A DNA stretch of 59,561 nt, counting the filler, from Sphacelaria rigidula (lineage: Eukaryota), in assembly GCA_964200075.2 (NCBI GenBank). It is 5 parts of 5 records of this genome, joined end to end, with 100 filler letters (N's around TTAATTAATTAA, not from the genome) between each part and the next. Parts side by side here need not be neighbours in the genome. Positions count along the whole stretch, not along the records: positions 23,869 to 35,699 come from CAXNAA020004447.1; positions 35,800 to 47,630 come from CAXNAA020004448.1; 3 more parts are not named here. One strand, given 5' to 3'. The notes under the pieces are model-generated. The model was given only the letters and a program-made list of their open reading frames with translations. It searched no databases and was not told the origin of the DNA. The position numbers and the translations under genes were made by a program. This document shows, one piece after another, positions 26,060 to 38,600 of the stretch; positions within the stretch are counted from its first letter, which is position 1, and each line of letters begins with the position of its first letter.

Positions 26060-26420
26060 TGGTACGAATGAAATAGTCATTTCGGCCAAGCCGTCGGGGC
26101 ACATCGAGACGACGGCTGCGTCATGAGCATTTAGCATTCCCTACACCGCTCTCCGTTCGCGTTCAAGAGTCGTTTCCGTCCCCCTCCCTGTCTCATCGTC
26201 GAGATATACGATGTCCTTGAGGATGATGTCGTCTTCGCTGAATCGCACGAGAACGATCCGGAGTGCCGCAGTAAACGAAGCATTGAACAGCAGCGGAGAC
26301 AGCACACATCTTTGGCGCAGTCCCTGAGTTACCTCAAACCAGTTCGAGAGCTCCCCGTCGTCCATTCGTACGTGGGCCGGCATGCCATCAAGGAGTTGGC
26401 GGATGTGCTCACATATCTTT
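26060..26420 (-). mobile_element. Degenerate non-LTR (RTE-like LINE) reverse transcriptase fragment
   Basis: SNWFEVTQGLRQRCVLSPLLFN (canonical GLRQGCVLSPLLFN), followed after a stop by MLNAHDA (decayed YADD). Confidence 0.85.
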
Positions 26421-29400
26421 CCCTCACGACTAAGTGTGAGTAGGATGGCAATTTCTGTACGGGTAGCTTCGGTCAAAATGACACCCATGAAAACTAGCAA
26501 GTATTGAAAAAATATATATGGAATGGCCTGTCCAGTCGGTCGATAGCTTTTACATTGCATTTCTTCGTACAGAGCGAGTTCCACCACGATGAAGTCAAAA
26601 TTACCCATCACAAGTCTGATCCATAATACCAATACAAGTAGTTGTACTACAGGATTATAGTGCAGAGCCCAGCTCAATGCGGTAATGCCGCACCTGCGAT
26701 CCGCCGTACTCTACTAGGACCCCCACAGGGTGTATATCCCGTGCTCGGGATTGGCTTTCACTATACGTGGGGATGACTGAAAAAATTGCACCCAAGCAAA
26801 TATGGGTCGATAGTTCCAAAGCAGAGACACATCCCCACTACTTCTCGTTAGTTCCACGCTCATGCCAGAGCCCCCCCTCCCCCCCTTCCTTCTTTTGCGA
26901 TGATTCCCAGGAAGTAGTCTCGCGGGCTTACCGTTACGCAAGACGAGTTGTACAGAGTCGTCCTTACACACTGTGCAGCTCATCGACGCCGCAGAACCGC
27001 ACATACGAGTCGCAAACGCTTGTCAGGGTGGTTCACAGGACACTATCTACACACATGTGAAATATTCGCCACCTTGCACCAAACTTCACCGTTGTCTTCG
27101 AATTTATGGCCAGCACAGTATGTGTATACGCGCGCCGTCACATGCTACCCTGTCAGACGCGATACATGTGATGACGTCTGTGTAGGCTCACCACTGCAGC
27201 TCATGGCCACCAGCGACAGCCATGACATAGCACAGCACAGCACAGCAGGAAAAGCTCATTCGTACCATTCCGATGATGAACATGGGGTGCATTTATGTGC
27301 ACAACCTCCTATGAAACCAATCTGATATATTTTCAGAAATCATGCCGGTTCAGTACAAACGCTCGAAAAACATGAAGTTGCGGGAGCGAACATCCTCTTT
27401 TCACGCCGCGTATCTGACGAATCGTTCTAAGACATCAAACTGTCGTTGCACAAACCGTATTCCGATAGTGCGTGTCGGAGTTGCTGTGTCGATCTATCGT
27501 GCTGTCCTGGCCGCACGACGTTTACCGACGACCTCACGACACTGCTCCCATTATTGTACAACGAAAAACGCGCCGTAGGAAGAAGCTGGCTCGGACCAAC
27601 GCTATGCACACCCGCGATCCATCAACCAGCGGCCAACACCTACAACGCATTGTTCCGCCTACATTTATTCCCTAACCTAGGTAACAATAGTGGCTATTGT
27701 CAACATAACCCTCTATTTGTTTTCTGTTTCGATTCTGAATTCCGCCCCGGCGATATGTCCTTCGATATTCTGTTGAAAACACAAATCTTGAATGAGTCGT
27801 TGTACAACTGGGACATTGCTGGAAGTTGCACAGAGGCCGTTGGGTGATGCAAGTAGCACGAAACTACTTGGGAACGTTTCCGTGCAGGAGCTTCAGGTCT
27901 TGCCACATGTGTTTTGATCGAAACCATACTCGAGATGGGTTAGCCTTATAACTGATTGAAGCTCTTTCAGCTATATCTCGTCGACATACGCGAATTGAGC
28001 CGTGATGCGCATATCTTATCATCTTTTTATTTAGGAGACGATGCTCACGCGCGGGAAAAGCCTGGACCGATGATTTCTCGTAGATTGAACGCTATACCGG
28101 GTAAATCGTAAAGCGTACGGATACAGTGTTCATACCAAAGTCTACACGGAACCCCGCACGATACGTGGAGCGAGTGATGATAATATTTCGTGCGAACAAT
28201 CCCTGGAGCACGGGCAAACGATCGGTACTTTCAACTCCACGTCAAAATACCTGCAGGCACCGCATTCGTGTTTCAAGCCGTGTGTGCTTTTCAGCGGCCA
28301 TTCGCCACCTCGGAGCCAAGTGAATATGAAAAGTGGGCTAAACTCCTTTGGTGGGGCACTGCAAAGTGTCCAAGACGTGTGATGGCGATATTCCCTGTTG
28401 AGGGATCACAACCTGTCAAAGGTCCAGAAATGAAAAATACGACCTCAAACAAACACGAACCGCAACGAGGGTCGGACGAATGAATGATTCGTCCGCAAAT
28501 TACTTGATTTTAGTATATTTGATTCGTACCGTACGAATCAATTAATATTGAGGCTTTGATTTCAGCGTTGCAATCTAGGTACGCGTAGCCCAGGCACAGC
28601 GAATGGCGCAAAAGTTGCGTGGAGACCTGTGTGACCAGCGGTCGACCTTTTCTCTCTTTCGACTAATCAGGCCTAAGAAATCATGGATTTGGTAATTGGA
28701 ATCGGGGATGATTCGTCCGAACCGTGAATCGTAAGAAACGGTTCGTGCTACACTAAATGTCCTTACCTCATGCAACAAAGATAAATTCCCTGTCGCAGTT
28801 TTTTTCATCATGCCGTAGTGATTCTCCACACCAACGTTCGAAGCACAAGCACCAAAACTGGGCTGGCAAATGGCCTTCCAAATTCTGCGCCAATTCTCGA
28901 GCGACCTGGGCTGTGAATCTGGCATTCTTACCTCAATTTCGGGCATTAGAAGTTCAAATTTGACATTTAGAAGCGTGAGGGCATGAAGAAACAAACGTAC
29001 ATGTAGGACATAACTTCAGGAATTCAGGGTTCATGTTTAGCGCCGTTCTAGTGAAATATGGATATTGACTTTTGTCCTCAACTCATGGAGGAACAAATTA
29101 TCGATTCATCAAATAATTATTTCCATGCTATACTAAATTTTAAAAGTCGCTTTTGAGAACGACATCGCCCTGACCCTTCCATTAAGCCATGATACGGCAC
29201 GTGTAGTTTTTCTGGCGCTGTTGAATAGCCACGCTGCAGCCCCCCCCTCCCACCCCCCCACACTCGCGCTCCCTCAAATCTGTACCCGAGGGGATTGCTC
29301 ATGTGATGCTTGATAGCAATCGCTCACTCTATCGAGTATTATTTCTGGCTTTTGATCGTGCACAACATTTTCTCGCTGACTCGTCGTGTGTGACCTGTTT

Positions 29401-29668
29401 GCCTCACGTTCGATACTGTGAAATATGTCAGTCATTCCTCTGTGATAAGACATCCTTTAGCATCAGTGTTGTGCTTTACATGCGCCCTGTAACATGACGA
29501 CCCTTTGTTTCGTAGCATACTCGTGCTTGATCCGCCTCCGATTCCTATTGCAACAGCGTAGAGGGCGTCCCATCCGCTGGAATCATTTTGCGAGTCGGCG
29601 TCAGCTTACATGAAGCGTCTTCTCGGTTGAAGGCAGGCAGACGCTTTTTCTCCAGGATCTGTGCAACC

Positions 29669-32353
29669 ATGACAATGACATTTGCACTGCAAAACGGTTC
29701 AACTTGCTTTGGCCCACGGCTCACAAAATATGTTGCGCCGTCTGGGTATTTGTGCTACTGTGAGCAGTACATTTTCGAAAGAGCGCCATCGAAGGAGCTG
29801 ACGGCCGACATTGCTAGAAGAAGGTATATCAACAAGCACGCCCGGGCAGGAATGGTGGATGTGAGGAACAAAATATGCAACTACGAGGGCTGCTTCACGC
29901 TGCCGACGTGTAGTATGGCGGGAAGCACGAAGGCAGCGTTCTGTTTTGAGCACGCCAGGGCGGGAATTGTGAGTATGGCGAAAACGATGTGCGGCTACGA
30001 GGGCTGTCCCTCGCTTGCATCGTATGGTGTAGCGGGAAGCAAGAAGGCGGAGTTTTGCTCCAAGCATGCCAGGGCGGGAATGGTGAGTATGGCGAAAACG
30101 GTGTGCGGCTACGAGGGCTGCTCCACGCTTGCATCGTATGGTGTGACGGGAAGCGAGAAGGCGGAGTTCTGCTCCAAGCATGCCAGGGTGGGAATGGTAG
30201 ATGTGGTGAACAAGACGTGCGGCTACAAGGGCTTCTCCACCCAGCCGTCGTATGGTGTTGCGGGGAGCACGAAAGCGAAGTTCTGCTCCAAGCATACCAG
30301 GGCGGGAATGGTGAATGTGAAAAAGAAGACGTGCGGCTGCGAGGGCTGTCCCACGCTTGCATCGTATGGTGTTGCGGGAAGCAATACAGCGGAGGTTTGC
30401 TCCCAGCATGCCAAGGCAGGAGTGGTGAATGTGAGGAACAAAAAGTGCGGCTACGAAGGCTGCTTCACGCTGCCGTCATATGGTGTGGCGGGGAGCAAGA
30501 CAGCGGAGTTTTGCTACAAGCATGCCAAGGCCGGGATGATGAATGTGAAAAAGAAGACGTGCGTCTACGAGGGCTGCTTCACGCTGCCGTCGTATGGTGT
30601 TGCGGGAAGCACGAAGGCGGAGTTCTGCTCCAAGCATGCCAGGGCCGGAATGATGAATGTGAAAAAGAAGACGTGCGTCTACGAGGGCTGCTTCACGCTG
30701 CCGTCGTATGGTGTTGCGGGAAGCACGAAGGCGGAGTTCTGTTCCAAGCATGCCAGGGCGGGAATGGTGAATATGAGGGCCAAAATGTGCGGCCACGAGG
30801 GCTGCTCCGCGCGTCCGTCGTATGGTGTTGCGGGAAGCACGAAGGCGGAGTTCTGTTCCAAGCATGCCAGGGCGGGAATGGTGAATGTGGGGAACAAGAC
30901 GTGCGGCTACGAGGGCTGCTCCACGCTGCCGTCGTATGGTGTGGCGGGGAGCAAGAAGATGGAGGTTTGCTCCAAGCATGCCAGGGCGGGAATGGTGAAT
31001 ATGAGGGCCAAAATGTGCGGCCACGAGGGCTGCTCTACGCAGCCGTCGTATGGTGTGGTGGAAAGCACGAAGGCGGAGTTCTGCTCCAAGCATGCCAGGG
31101 CGGGAATGGTGAATATGAGGGCCAAAATGTGCGGCCACGAGGGCTGCTCCGCGCGTCCGTCGTATGGTGTTGCGGGAAGCACGAAGGCGGAGTTCTGTTC
31201 CAAGCATGCCAGGGCGGGAATGGTGGATGTGGTACACAAGACGTGCGGCTACGAGGGCTGCTTCACGCTGCCGTCGTATGGTGTCGGGGGAAGCACGAAG
31301 GCGGAGTTCTGTTCCACGCATGCCAGGGCGGGAATGGTAAATGTGAAGAATATTTTCGGGTACGAGGGCTGCTTCACGCTGTCGTCCCATGGTGTTGCGG
31401 GAAGCTCGAAGGCGGAGTCCTGTTTCAAGCATGCCAGGGCGGGAATGGTAAATGTGAAGAACATTTTCGGGTACGAGGGCTGCTTCACGCTGTCGTCCCA
31501 TGGTGTTGCGGGAAGCTCGAAGACGGAGTTCTGTTTCAAGCATGCCAGGGCGGGAATGGTTAGTATGAAGAACAAGATTTGCGGGTACGACGGCTGCTTC
31601 ACGCTGCCGTCGTATGGTGTGGCGGGAAGCACGAAGAGGGAGTTCTGTTTCGAGCATGTCATTGCGGGAATGGCGAATGTGGTGAGTAACAGGTGCGGCA
31701 AGAAGGAGTGCTCCAAATTACCTCTCGACAAGGAAACACTTTGCCAACAGCATGCTAGTAGTTCACACAACACAGCTGCCGTTTTCGACACGACGAAGCT
31801 CAACCCTGGTAAGGGCACCCCCGGCCGTAGCGCAACGGAGGGTGGTGAAGGAAGCGTTGCTGATATACGAGGAGTTAAGCGCAAGCGCGCAGCACTGTCG
31901 GGTTCTGGTGCAAATGACGGCGTAGGTGCTCGCCGTAGTTTGTGCGCCGGTCCCAGGCAGGGGGAGAGATCACCGTCGCTCTCGGGACGTCCACATTTGC
32001 TCCTGAGACACCCACCTCCGATGGCTGATGACGAGGTGTCTCTGCGGGCAGGAGCAAGAGCAGGAATGAAGGTGGAGTTGGCAGTCCCTTCTCCTACACA
32101 CGGTGGCGATGGGACGAGGATGTTTCAGAAGCGGGCTTCTCCTTCAAGCCGTTGGGGTAGCGAAGGTGGTGGTAGTGGATTCACCAGCAGTGGTTGTGGT
32201 GGTACTGGAGGGGGTTTTGGTTCGCCAGCAACGGTAACTAGATGCTTGGGCACATTTGATCACGTGGCGTTTGAAGTGGTTGAGGAGGATTTGGACGTGA
32301 AGTTGGAGCTAGGAGTACCTGGTGCTTCTCCTCGGGCATCCGATACACGGTAG
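29669..32353 (+). CDS. EsV-1-7 cysteine-rich repeat protein (16 full repeats plus partial ones, disordered C-terminal tail)
   Basis: Uninterrupted ORF with 38-aa C-x4-C-x16-C-x2-H units (KTCGYEGCFTLPSYGVAGSTKAEFCSKHARAGMVNVKK). First in-frame ATG is 29669 (caaccATG); the true start is uncertain. Confidence 0.88.
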   Translation: MTMTFALQNGSTCFGPRLTKYVAPSGYLCYCEQYIFERAPSKELTADIARRRYINKHARAGMVDVRNKICNYEGCFTLPTCSMAGSTKAAFCFEHARAGIVSMAKTMCGYEGCPSLASYGVAGSKKAEFCSKHARAGMVSMAKTVCGYEGCSTLASYGVTGSEKAEFCSKHARVGMVDVVNKTCGYKGFSTQPSYGVAGSTKAKFCSKHTRAGMVNVKKKTCGCEGCPTLASYGVAGSNTAEVCSQHAKAGVVNVRNKKCGYEGCFTLPSYGVAGSKTAEFCYKHAKAGMMNVKKKTCVYEGCFTLPSYGVAGSTKAEFCSKHARAGMMNVKKKTCVYEGCFTLPSYGVAGSTKAEFCSKHARAGMVNMRAKMCGHEGCSARPSYGVAGSTKAEFCSKHARAGMVNVGNKTCGYEGCSTLPSYGVAGSKKMEVCSKHARAGMVNMRAKMCGHEGCSTQPSYGVVESTKAEFCSKHARAGMVNMRAKMCGHEGCSARPSYGVAGSTKAEFCSKHARAGMVDVVHKTCGYEGCFTLPSYGVGGSTKAEFCSTHARAGMVNVKNIFGYEGCFTLSSHGVAGSSKAESCFKHARAGMVNVKNIFGYEGCFTLSSHGVAGSSKTEFCFKHARAGMVSMKNKICGYDGCFTLPSYGVAGSTKREFCFEHVIAGMANVVSNRCGKKECSKLPLDKETLCQQHASSSHNTAAVFDTTKLNPGKGTPGRSATEGGEGSVADIRGVKRKRAALSGSGANDGVGARRSLCAGPRQGERSPSLSGRPHLLLRHPPPMADDEVSLRAGARAGMKVELAVPSPTHGGDGTRMFQKRASPSSRWGSEGGGSGFTSSGCGGTGGGFGSPATVTRCLGTFDHVAFEVVEEDLDVKLELGVPGASPRASDTR
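29870..31753 (+). repeat. Coding minisatellite, 114-bp unit (two units of 111 bp)
   Basis: Direct tandem repeats underlying the EsV-1-7 array. Confidence 0.95.
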
Positions 32354-32949
32354 ATAACCCCATTCGTTGTACCGTTCTCGTTGCTCAGATGGCCCGGGTA
32401 GGGAGGTTATAGGAGGTTATTGGTGTGTGCTCACGTATGGTGTCAGCTGTCCGAAACGATAATTGGTTGTTGTAGTGTCTTTTCTTCGACAATGCGAGGC
32501 AGTTCTTGATTTCGATGGGGTCCTGATATAAGAGGGGTTTTGCTAGATTGGAGGTCTTGCGTTTGATTGAGAGTAAGGACACCATAAACAGAATTCCTAA
32601 TCTTTGTATTGACCCGTGCTTGTCGGAGAATACTTGACCCAGTCAGGCTAGGACAGGCTTGAATGAGAGCCCTCCGTCGTGGGATGAATCCAATGTATAC
32701 TTTGATTGTATTGATGCGTAAATATACAACTGAGCTCGAGAAATGGTCTATTCATGTCTGGGATGGTTTCAGTTCTGACATGCTCGTGTGGGCCGTGTGT
32801 GTGAGTAGCAGTTTGACAAGGGCTAGCCGAGCGTACATGTACTACAGCAGTCGGCCACCCGATAAACTGGGACCGCACTGCTCGACTGGTAGTTCGTACT
32901 TTTTCATACTTTTTTTGACTGATGGTGCCATCGGTACTTACAAAACGTG

Positions 32950-33196
32950 CACAGGCACCATAGGTAAGGTAGGTACCCGGTACCGGTATTTTGGACATCT
33001 CGTACCCTACCGATACCGGTCCAATACGGTATTTTGAAATGTCATACCTGCGATACTTACGGTACCAGGGTATTTCGAGATTTCAGTGCTTACCGTACCC
33101 GCCCAATCCGGTATTTGGAGATGTCATACCTACGATACCTACGGTAGTAGGGTAATACGTTACGCTCGGTACGGTACCTTACCTACGGTGCCTGTG
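32950..33196. mobile_element. MITE with 22-bp TIRs; a decayed second copy lies at ~33270-33450
   Basis: cacaggcaccataggtaaggta ... taccttacctacggtgcctgtg (1 mismatch). Flanks aaaacgtg/aaaacttc may be a degenerate 8-bp TSD. Confidence 0.7.
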
Positions 33197-33949
33197 AAAA
33201 CTTCGACTACCCAACTTGCACCCAGATCTGAAACGCTTCGCACTGCCACATGACAGTTTTGAATTCGGTACAGAGGGTAAAGCAGGAACCCGGTATTGGT
33301 ATTGGGGACATCTCATGCCCTACCGATACCGACTCAATCCGGTACTTTCGAAACTCATACCTACAAGACCTACGATACCACGTTACTTCGAAATTTCAAT
33401 ACCTACCGTACCTGCCGATTCCGGTATTTTGACATGTCACACCTACGATTCTCTCAGGGGTATCTGAGAGGTATCCGTGTGGAAAATAAAAAAATGGCGG
33501 TGGTGGTGGTGGTGGTGACCCCTTGTCATTCCACGGGCCAAACCCTTGCACTGTTTCAAATCAAGTGTCCTTCACACCAGTAACCACCTCATTCCGCATA
33601 TATGAATAGTATAAGGATCCGCAAGAAGTTTCAGGTCATTTCGTCCTCCCTGGGTTGAGTTTGACCCATGGCTGCTAATGCGGCTGTGCCCGGCGCTGCA
33701 CGGACGGTGGGTCGGAGAGATGCAACACACGCGGACAAAAACACTTTGGAATAGTATATCTCTGTCAATACGGAAGCAAAATAAACGTATGGCATATCAA
33801 ATTAAAGATCTCCTTCATCACAAATGCATCCACACGTAACAGGGGATTCTCTAAAATGAGGTTGATCAATGAAATGAGATTTGAAGACCCTAGCCCTTGA
33901 ATGACAAAAAGCCCTCAGGAGTACCGCACGACTGCGCTGATGTGCAATT

Positions 33950-35230
33950 TTGGGGAGGAGTAGGAAGTGCGTCCGTGGTTGCACGTGCCGCCCATCCCTG
34001 GTTAGCTGCGGGCGACGGGCCATAACAACGTTTGTTTGATTGTCGACGATGCTCTCGCTTTTGTTTGTCTCGAGGCCCATGTCCAGAATAAAATCTCAGG
34101 TGTCAAGGTGCTCGTCAGTGACGTGCTGGGGGGACATCACTGCCAACGCAGTGATGTGCCGAGCGGATGATTGGGCGTCCACTGTCCTGAAGAAGGGCAC
34201 ATAAAAAAGTATCACTGATCTCCTTTGAGGGTCGATGCACAGCTTGAATAATAGATTGCACGAATGCACCGTACTGCAAATACCGGACGAGCTTTCCAAT
34301 GAGGTTTGAGCATATATGATCCAGCAATGTCTCAGTCGAGAGAAAAATCGTTGGCATCCACCCCAAAATCGCTTCGCATGGTCCCGTTATACACCCCATC
34401 GCAACACCCCATCCATGCTACATGACAGCATCTCGACCCCGCCCTGAACTGTACGTTCGCGTCCACATCCCGGCCTGTATGTTTTCACTCTCCAACGCCA
34501 CTGCAACTCGAGACTCCAGCGTCATCACTACTGCTATTGCAATCATCACCATCATCACCATCGCCATCACTTCCAGTATCACAGTCGTCATGGTCATCAT
34601 CGGGGGCTACCTCGTCCTCCAACCCCTCTCGACTCGTGTCACGTCCGACCCTCAGCCACCGTCGCTCAAACCCTGGTCCACGTACAACCAGATCCCCAGG
34701 AGTGACCGCGATAGGCTGCTTCGCGGTGAGCCTCCCTTTCCTCTCTCCACTCTCTTGCACACTGGCTATTACAGCGTGCTGCGTACCATCTGCGCTGCCT
34801 ACCGCAGCGGTAATGGACGAGTCTCTGGGGCCGTTGTGTGGTATTTTCGACCTTATCCCCATCACAACCCCCTCCCCGCCCGTATCCCATTCCAAATGTT
34901 AGAATGGGCAGTTGTCTGAGACCTCCAAGTACAGTGCCGCTTCCGGCTGGCAGGCTTTTCTGCCGGGTTCTACGAGGCGCCTGAGTTGTCTGTTGGATGC
35001 GACCAATACCAGGCGGATACATTGCTGATCCAGGATTTCTTGAGGTTTCGAATCTACAGGCTCTCTTTTGTACACCCAGTCCTTTCCCCACAAGGGAATT
35101 TCAGGGTATACGACCTTCTGCTGGCCGGGCTTCGTGATGAGGAACAGCTCGTTCAACCGATTGAACGTCGAACGCTGCGACCGAAATCGATAGAGGACAC
35201 GGCAGAGACGGCCGATGGCAACGAACATAA
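33950..35230 (-). mobile_element. Degenerate Ty1/Copia LTR retrotransposon fragments
   Basis: IVDNQTNVVMARRPQLTRDGRHVQPRTHFL (~33960-34050) matches Copia RNase H 'DNQ.AI..A.NP..H.RTKHIDVR.HF'. Weaker integrase C-terminal resemblance at 34900-35230. Confidence 0.55.
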
Positions 35231-35699
35231 GAAAGTCAGGTCGAGATACGAAGGGGTGGTGGATGGAATCAGCGCTCAGACAGGGGTCTCAAAACCACGA
35301 TGTGTACTTCTTCGCGAAACCACATGTCCCCTGGGACATCGCAATGTGGGCGCGCCCATAAATGGCCCCGAAATAAATTGTTTTTCTTCACAAAGTGCGG
35401 TAAAGCGGGAAGGAAAAAAACTCGGTACCACGCAGCAAAGAATACTACATCTCCAAGGGTGCACGAAAAAAACAAGACGTACACATATGTCCCATTTTTT
35501 TAACTTGGACCTCTCAGGGGGAGGGGGTAGGGTACTAGACCACCCCCCCAAAAAAAAAAAAAAAACTATACAAACTCCCATGTGAACCGATGCTATACTA
35601 AGTCCCATACAAAATGACGCAGCGTTGGGGGGGGGGGGGGGGTGCCCACTCGTTCCTTCCCTTAGTCATTTGAACCTTCCCACAGGAGGCCTTTCGGGG

Positions 35700-35799
35700 N
35701 NNNNNNNNNNNNNNNNNNNNNNNNNNNNNNNNNNNNNNNNNNNTTAATTAATTAANNNNNNNNNNNNNNNNNNNNNNNNNNNNNNNNNNNNNNNNNNNN
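35700..35799. other. Artificial contig linker
   Basis: N44-TTAATTAATTAA-N44. Confidence 0.97.
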
Positions 35800-36203
35800 C
35801 TCGGGACTGTCCGCCTGTACAACTGTTCCGAGGCGAGGCTCGTCGTCTAGGGGTTAAAATCTGCTGTGTTTTCTGACATCTGCGACACATTTCGGTTTTC
35901 CTGTTGTTTTTTTCGCGGCTGTTTTTTTGCGCAAAAATACGGAGTTCTGCTTCTTCTGCGGCCGCAGATGGAGTTATAGTCTAGGCATCACCCAACATAT
36001 ACTCGAAGTTTTATCATCACACACGAGATGCGCCTCACCTCCAAGCCTCACCTTCCAACGTACCGCCTCCAAATTGTCGAAAAATAGCAAGAATGACAAG
36101 AAACGAGGACTGGAAATGAAGGCTAGTTGTTGTTGTCTCGCGACGAGAAATCAGGAAATTACGACAGTCGAAAGTTCATGATCAAAATCAAACACGCAAA
36201 ACC

Positions 36204-36790
36204 GTTGCACATCATGGAGAGGTGAGACGAACAAAGCCACCACGATATCTCTTTTGCTTGAACGTACGGTATGCAACACGGGGAGGCGGTGTATATCTTT
36301 CTTTGAGGTTCAAGTGCAGTAGTTTTGTTGACTCCAGGCAGCAGCCAAGAGCTTGAATGCTGGTCGTGTAATGCAAGGGGGCATGCTTGAGCTTTCAAAT
36401 CAAGCCGTGAGGATCTACCGTCCAACTCACCGGTCAGGTAGCTGAGGGGACAAGCTCTGTGCTGTACTTGTCAAGTTGATAACCCCGCTGCACAGCACAA
36501 GTGATGTGTTGCACATCATGCGGATGAGAAACGAACAAAGCCACGATCTCTTTTGCTTGAACGTACCATATGCAACACGGGGAGGCGGTGTATGTCTTTC
36601 TTTGAGGTTCAAGTGCATTAGTTTTGTTGACTGCAGGCAGCAGCCAAGAGCATGAATTGGTCGTGTAGTGCAAGAGAGCATGCTTGAGCGATCAAGCCGT
36701 GAGGATCTACCGTCCAACTCACCTGTCAGGTAGCTGAGTGGACAAGCTCTGTGCTGTACTCGTCGAATCGATAACCCTGCTCCACAGGAT
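36204..36790. repeat. Tandem duplication, ~304-bp unit, 2 copies
   Basis: gttgcacatcatg...ctctgtgctgtact starts at both 36204 and 36508, with high identity. Confidence 0.9.
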
Positions 36791-38600
36791 AAGAGGTGTG
36801 CTGAGAAGAAAAAGCTTCTGGAAACCAAAACACGATGGACTACCTCCTCCTGCTGCTTCCGTGTCTATATCTCTTTATCTTCTCAGACCGGTAAAGACCA
36901 GATCCGGGATGTAGGAGATGACGTTGGGTTGAGCACGTCTCAAGGAAAATTATTATTCTGAATATTGAACATGTTTCGCCATTTGGTCAGACCCGTTGTG
37001 TGCTTTGCACTTCGGTGTATTGCCTAGTGTGTTGACAGTTTCGCAGACTGCTAGCTTCTGCTTGAAAGCTCTTGAGATTTCGCTTCGGTAGCTGTTTTAG
37101 TGCTAGCCTGTTGCTAGCTACTTCTGATGTTTTTGCATGATGATTCTCATCGAATTTCGCGGAAGAAACGTTCCTGCATCCGAGACCGTACCTCTTCGGC
37201 GAGATTAGCATCTGGGGCTGTATGGTAAATCAATTTCGCGCATACAAACAGCAGTGCCACATGATACAAAGTACAGTGTGCAACACACAACAGTGACTGT
37301 GCTGACAGTACTGTACTGTCAGTATTCAGTATCCTTTCTCTATTTTGTTCAGAAGACAACAACGGTACGTAGTGCCAACGTGTATTATTTTTGCTCGCAA
37401 ATCCTTTGGTCATGTTCCTCACCTGTGAGTGTCTGCCTCAAAAATCTAGACCGAACTGAAGCAGCCGTGTGTGAGCGTCGACGCGAGCGTAGGTAAGAGG
37501 CCAATGATATTATGTGCACGCCTCGTGCACACCTACTCATCTGCAGTTTGTGTGACTGGTGGTACTGTGGAACCTTTGATTGTATTTTCTTGTTTTACCC
37601 TAGTACAGACGCAGTACAGCCAGTTCAGTTCAGTACAGGTAACAACTGCAGTTATGTTGCACCGCTCGAGGCAGTATCAGCAGCTTTCGGTACCGACCTA
37701 CTACTGCACTACCGTAGGACAACATGACCCAGTATGGCTGCGCTGGCATCTGGCGTCTACCGATACTATTTTGCACTACAGCCTGTGCTATATTTTGATG
37801 CGAACGTGCAATATTAGGTGTCGCACTGTACCTTCTTCGTGTATCACGGACGCATAATTCGAAGTACCTCGCTGGATGCAAGACTCGTACCAGGACTTCC
37901 TTTCGTTCAGTTAATGTGTATGGCTGACCTAACAGCAACTCTAAACGCTGAACCTTACCCCCAGCCCTTCGCGGTGCCAAATTGAGTCCCAGAAGCCGGG
38001 TTCCCGTGAGTAACGGAACATAATCCCCCCGGACGATAAGTGTATGAGACCCGATTATCACCCCCGATTCTACTCAGGGAGTGGTATACACCGTACCTCC
38101 GTGATGAATGAGTTCATCTATTATTGTAGCTGGTTATTTCCCCGCAATGTGGGTGAGATCGATATCGCACACACCCCGAAGGTAATACCTGTGAGGAATG
38201 TGATAGTGTGCGGAGCGTGTAGAAGTGGATAAACGCTCCAGAGTAGGCAGAATGGTAGGTTACAGCTGAGCGTTGGCGGGAAGTACTATGATCTCGGGTG
38301 CCAGCAGTGTACACGACTCGTGTGTTGAGTCGGCATCAGTTTCACTTGAAAAAAGCTGTCAACATGAACATGATGCAGAGTGCACAAATGCACACCTTTG
38401 GTGCTGAAGGGGTCAAGTACCTAGTACAAAACAGAACATTCTATAGTACAGCAGCGCAGGCGGTTTCTACCGTCGATGTGATGCCTGAAAGCATGAGAAG
38501 GAGGTCAGCTGGTAACAAATGGTACTGTTGTACAGGTTGATTCAGGGTGAACGACCGGAATTTACTTCCCAGCGATTGCTCACACCGTTTTCTCGAGTTA

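Noticed and set aside
29989-31657. Overlapping 524-aa alternative-frame and 393-aa antisense ORFs
   Set aside because: By-products of a stop-free 114-bp unit repeated in the EsV-1-7 gene
27900-33500. Endogenous phaeovirus around the EsV-1-7 gene
   Set aside because: No NCLDV core genes or gene-dense viral context; the flanks are host TE relics
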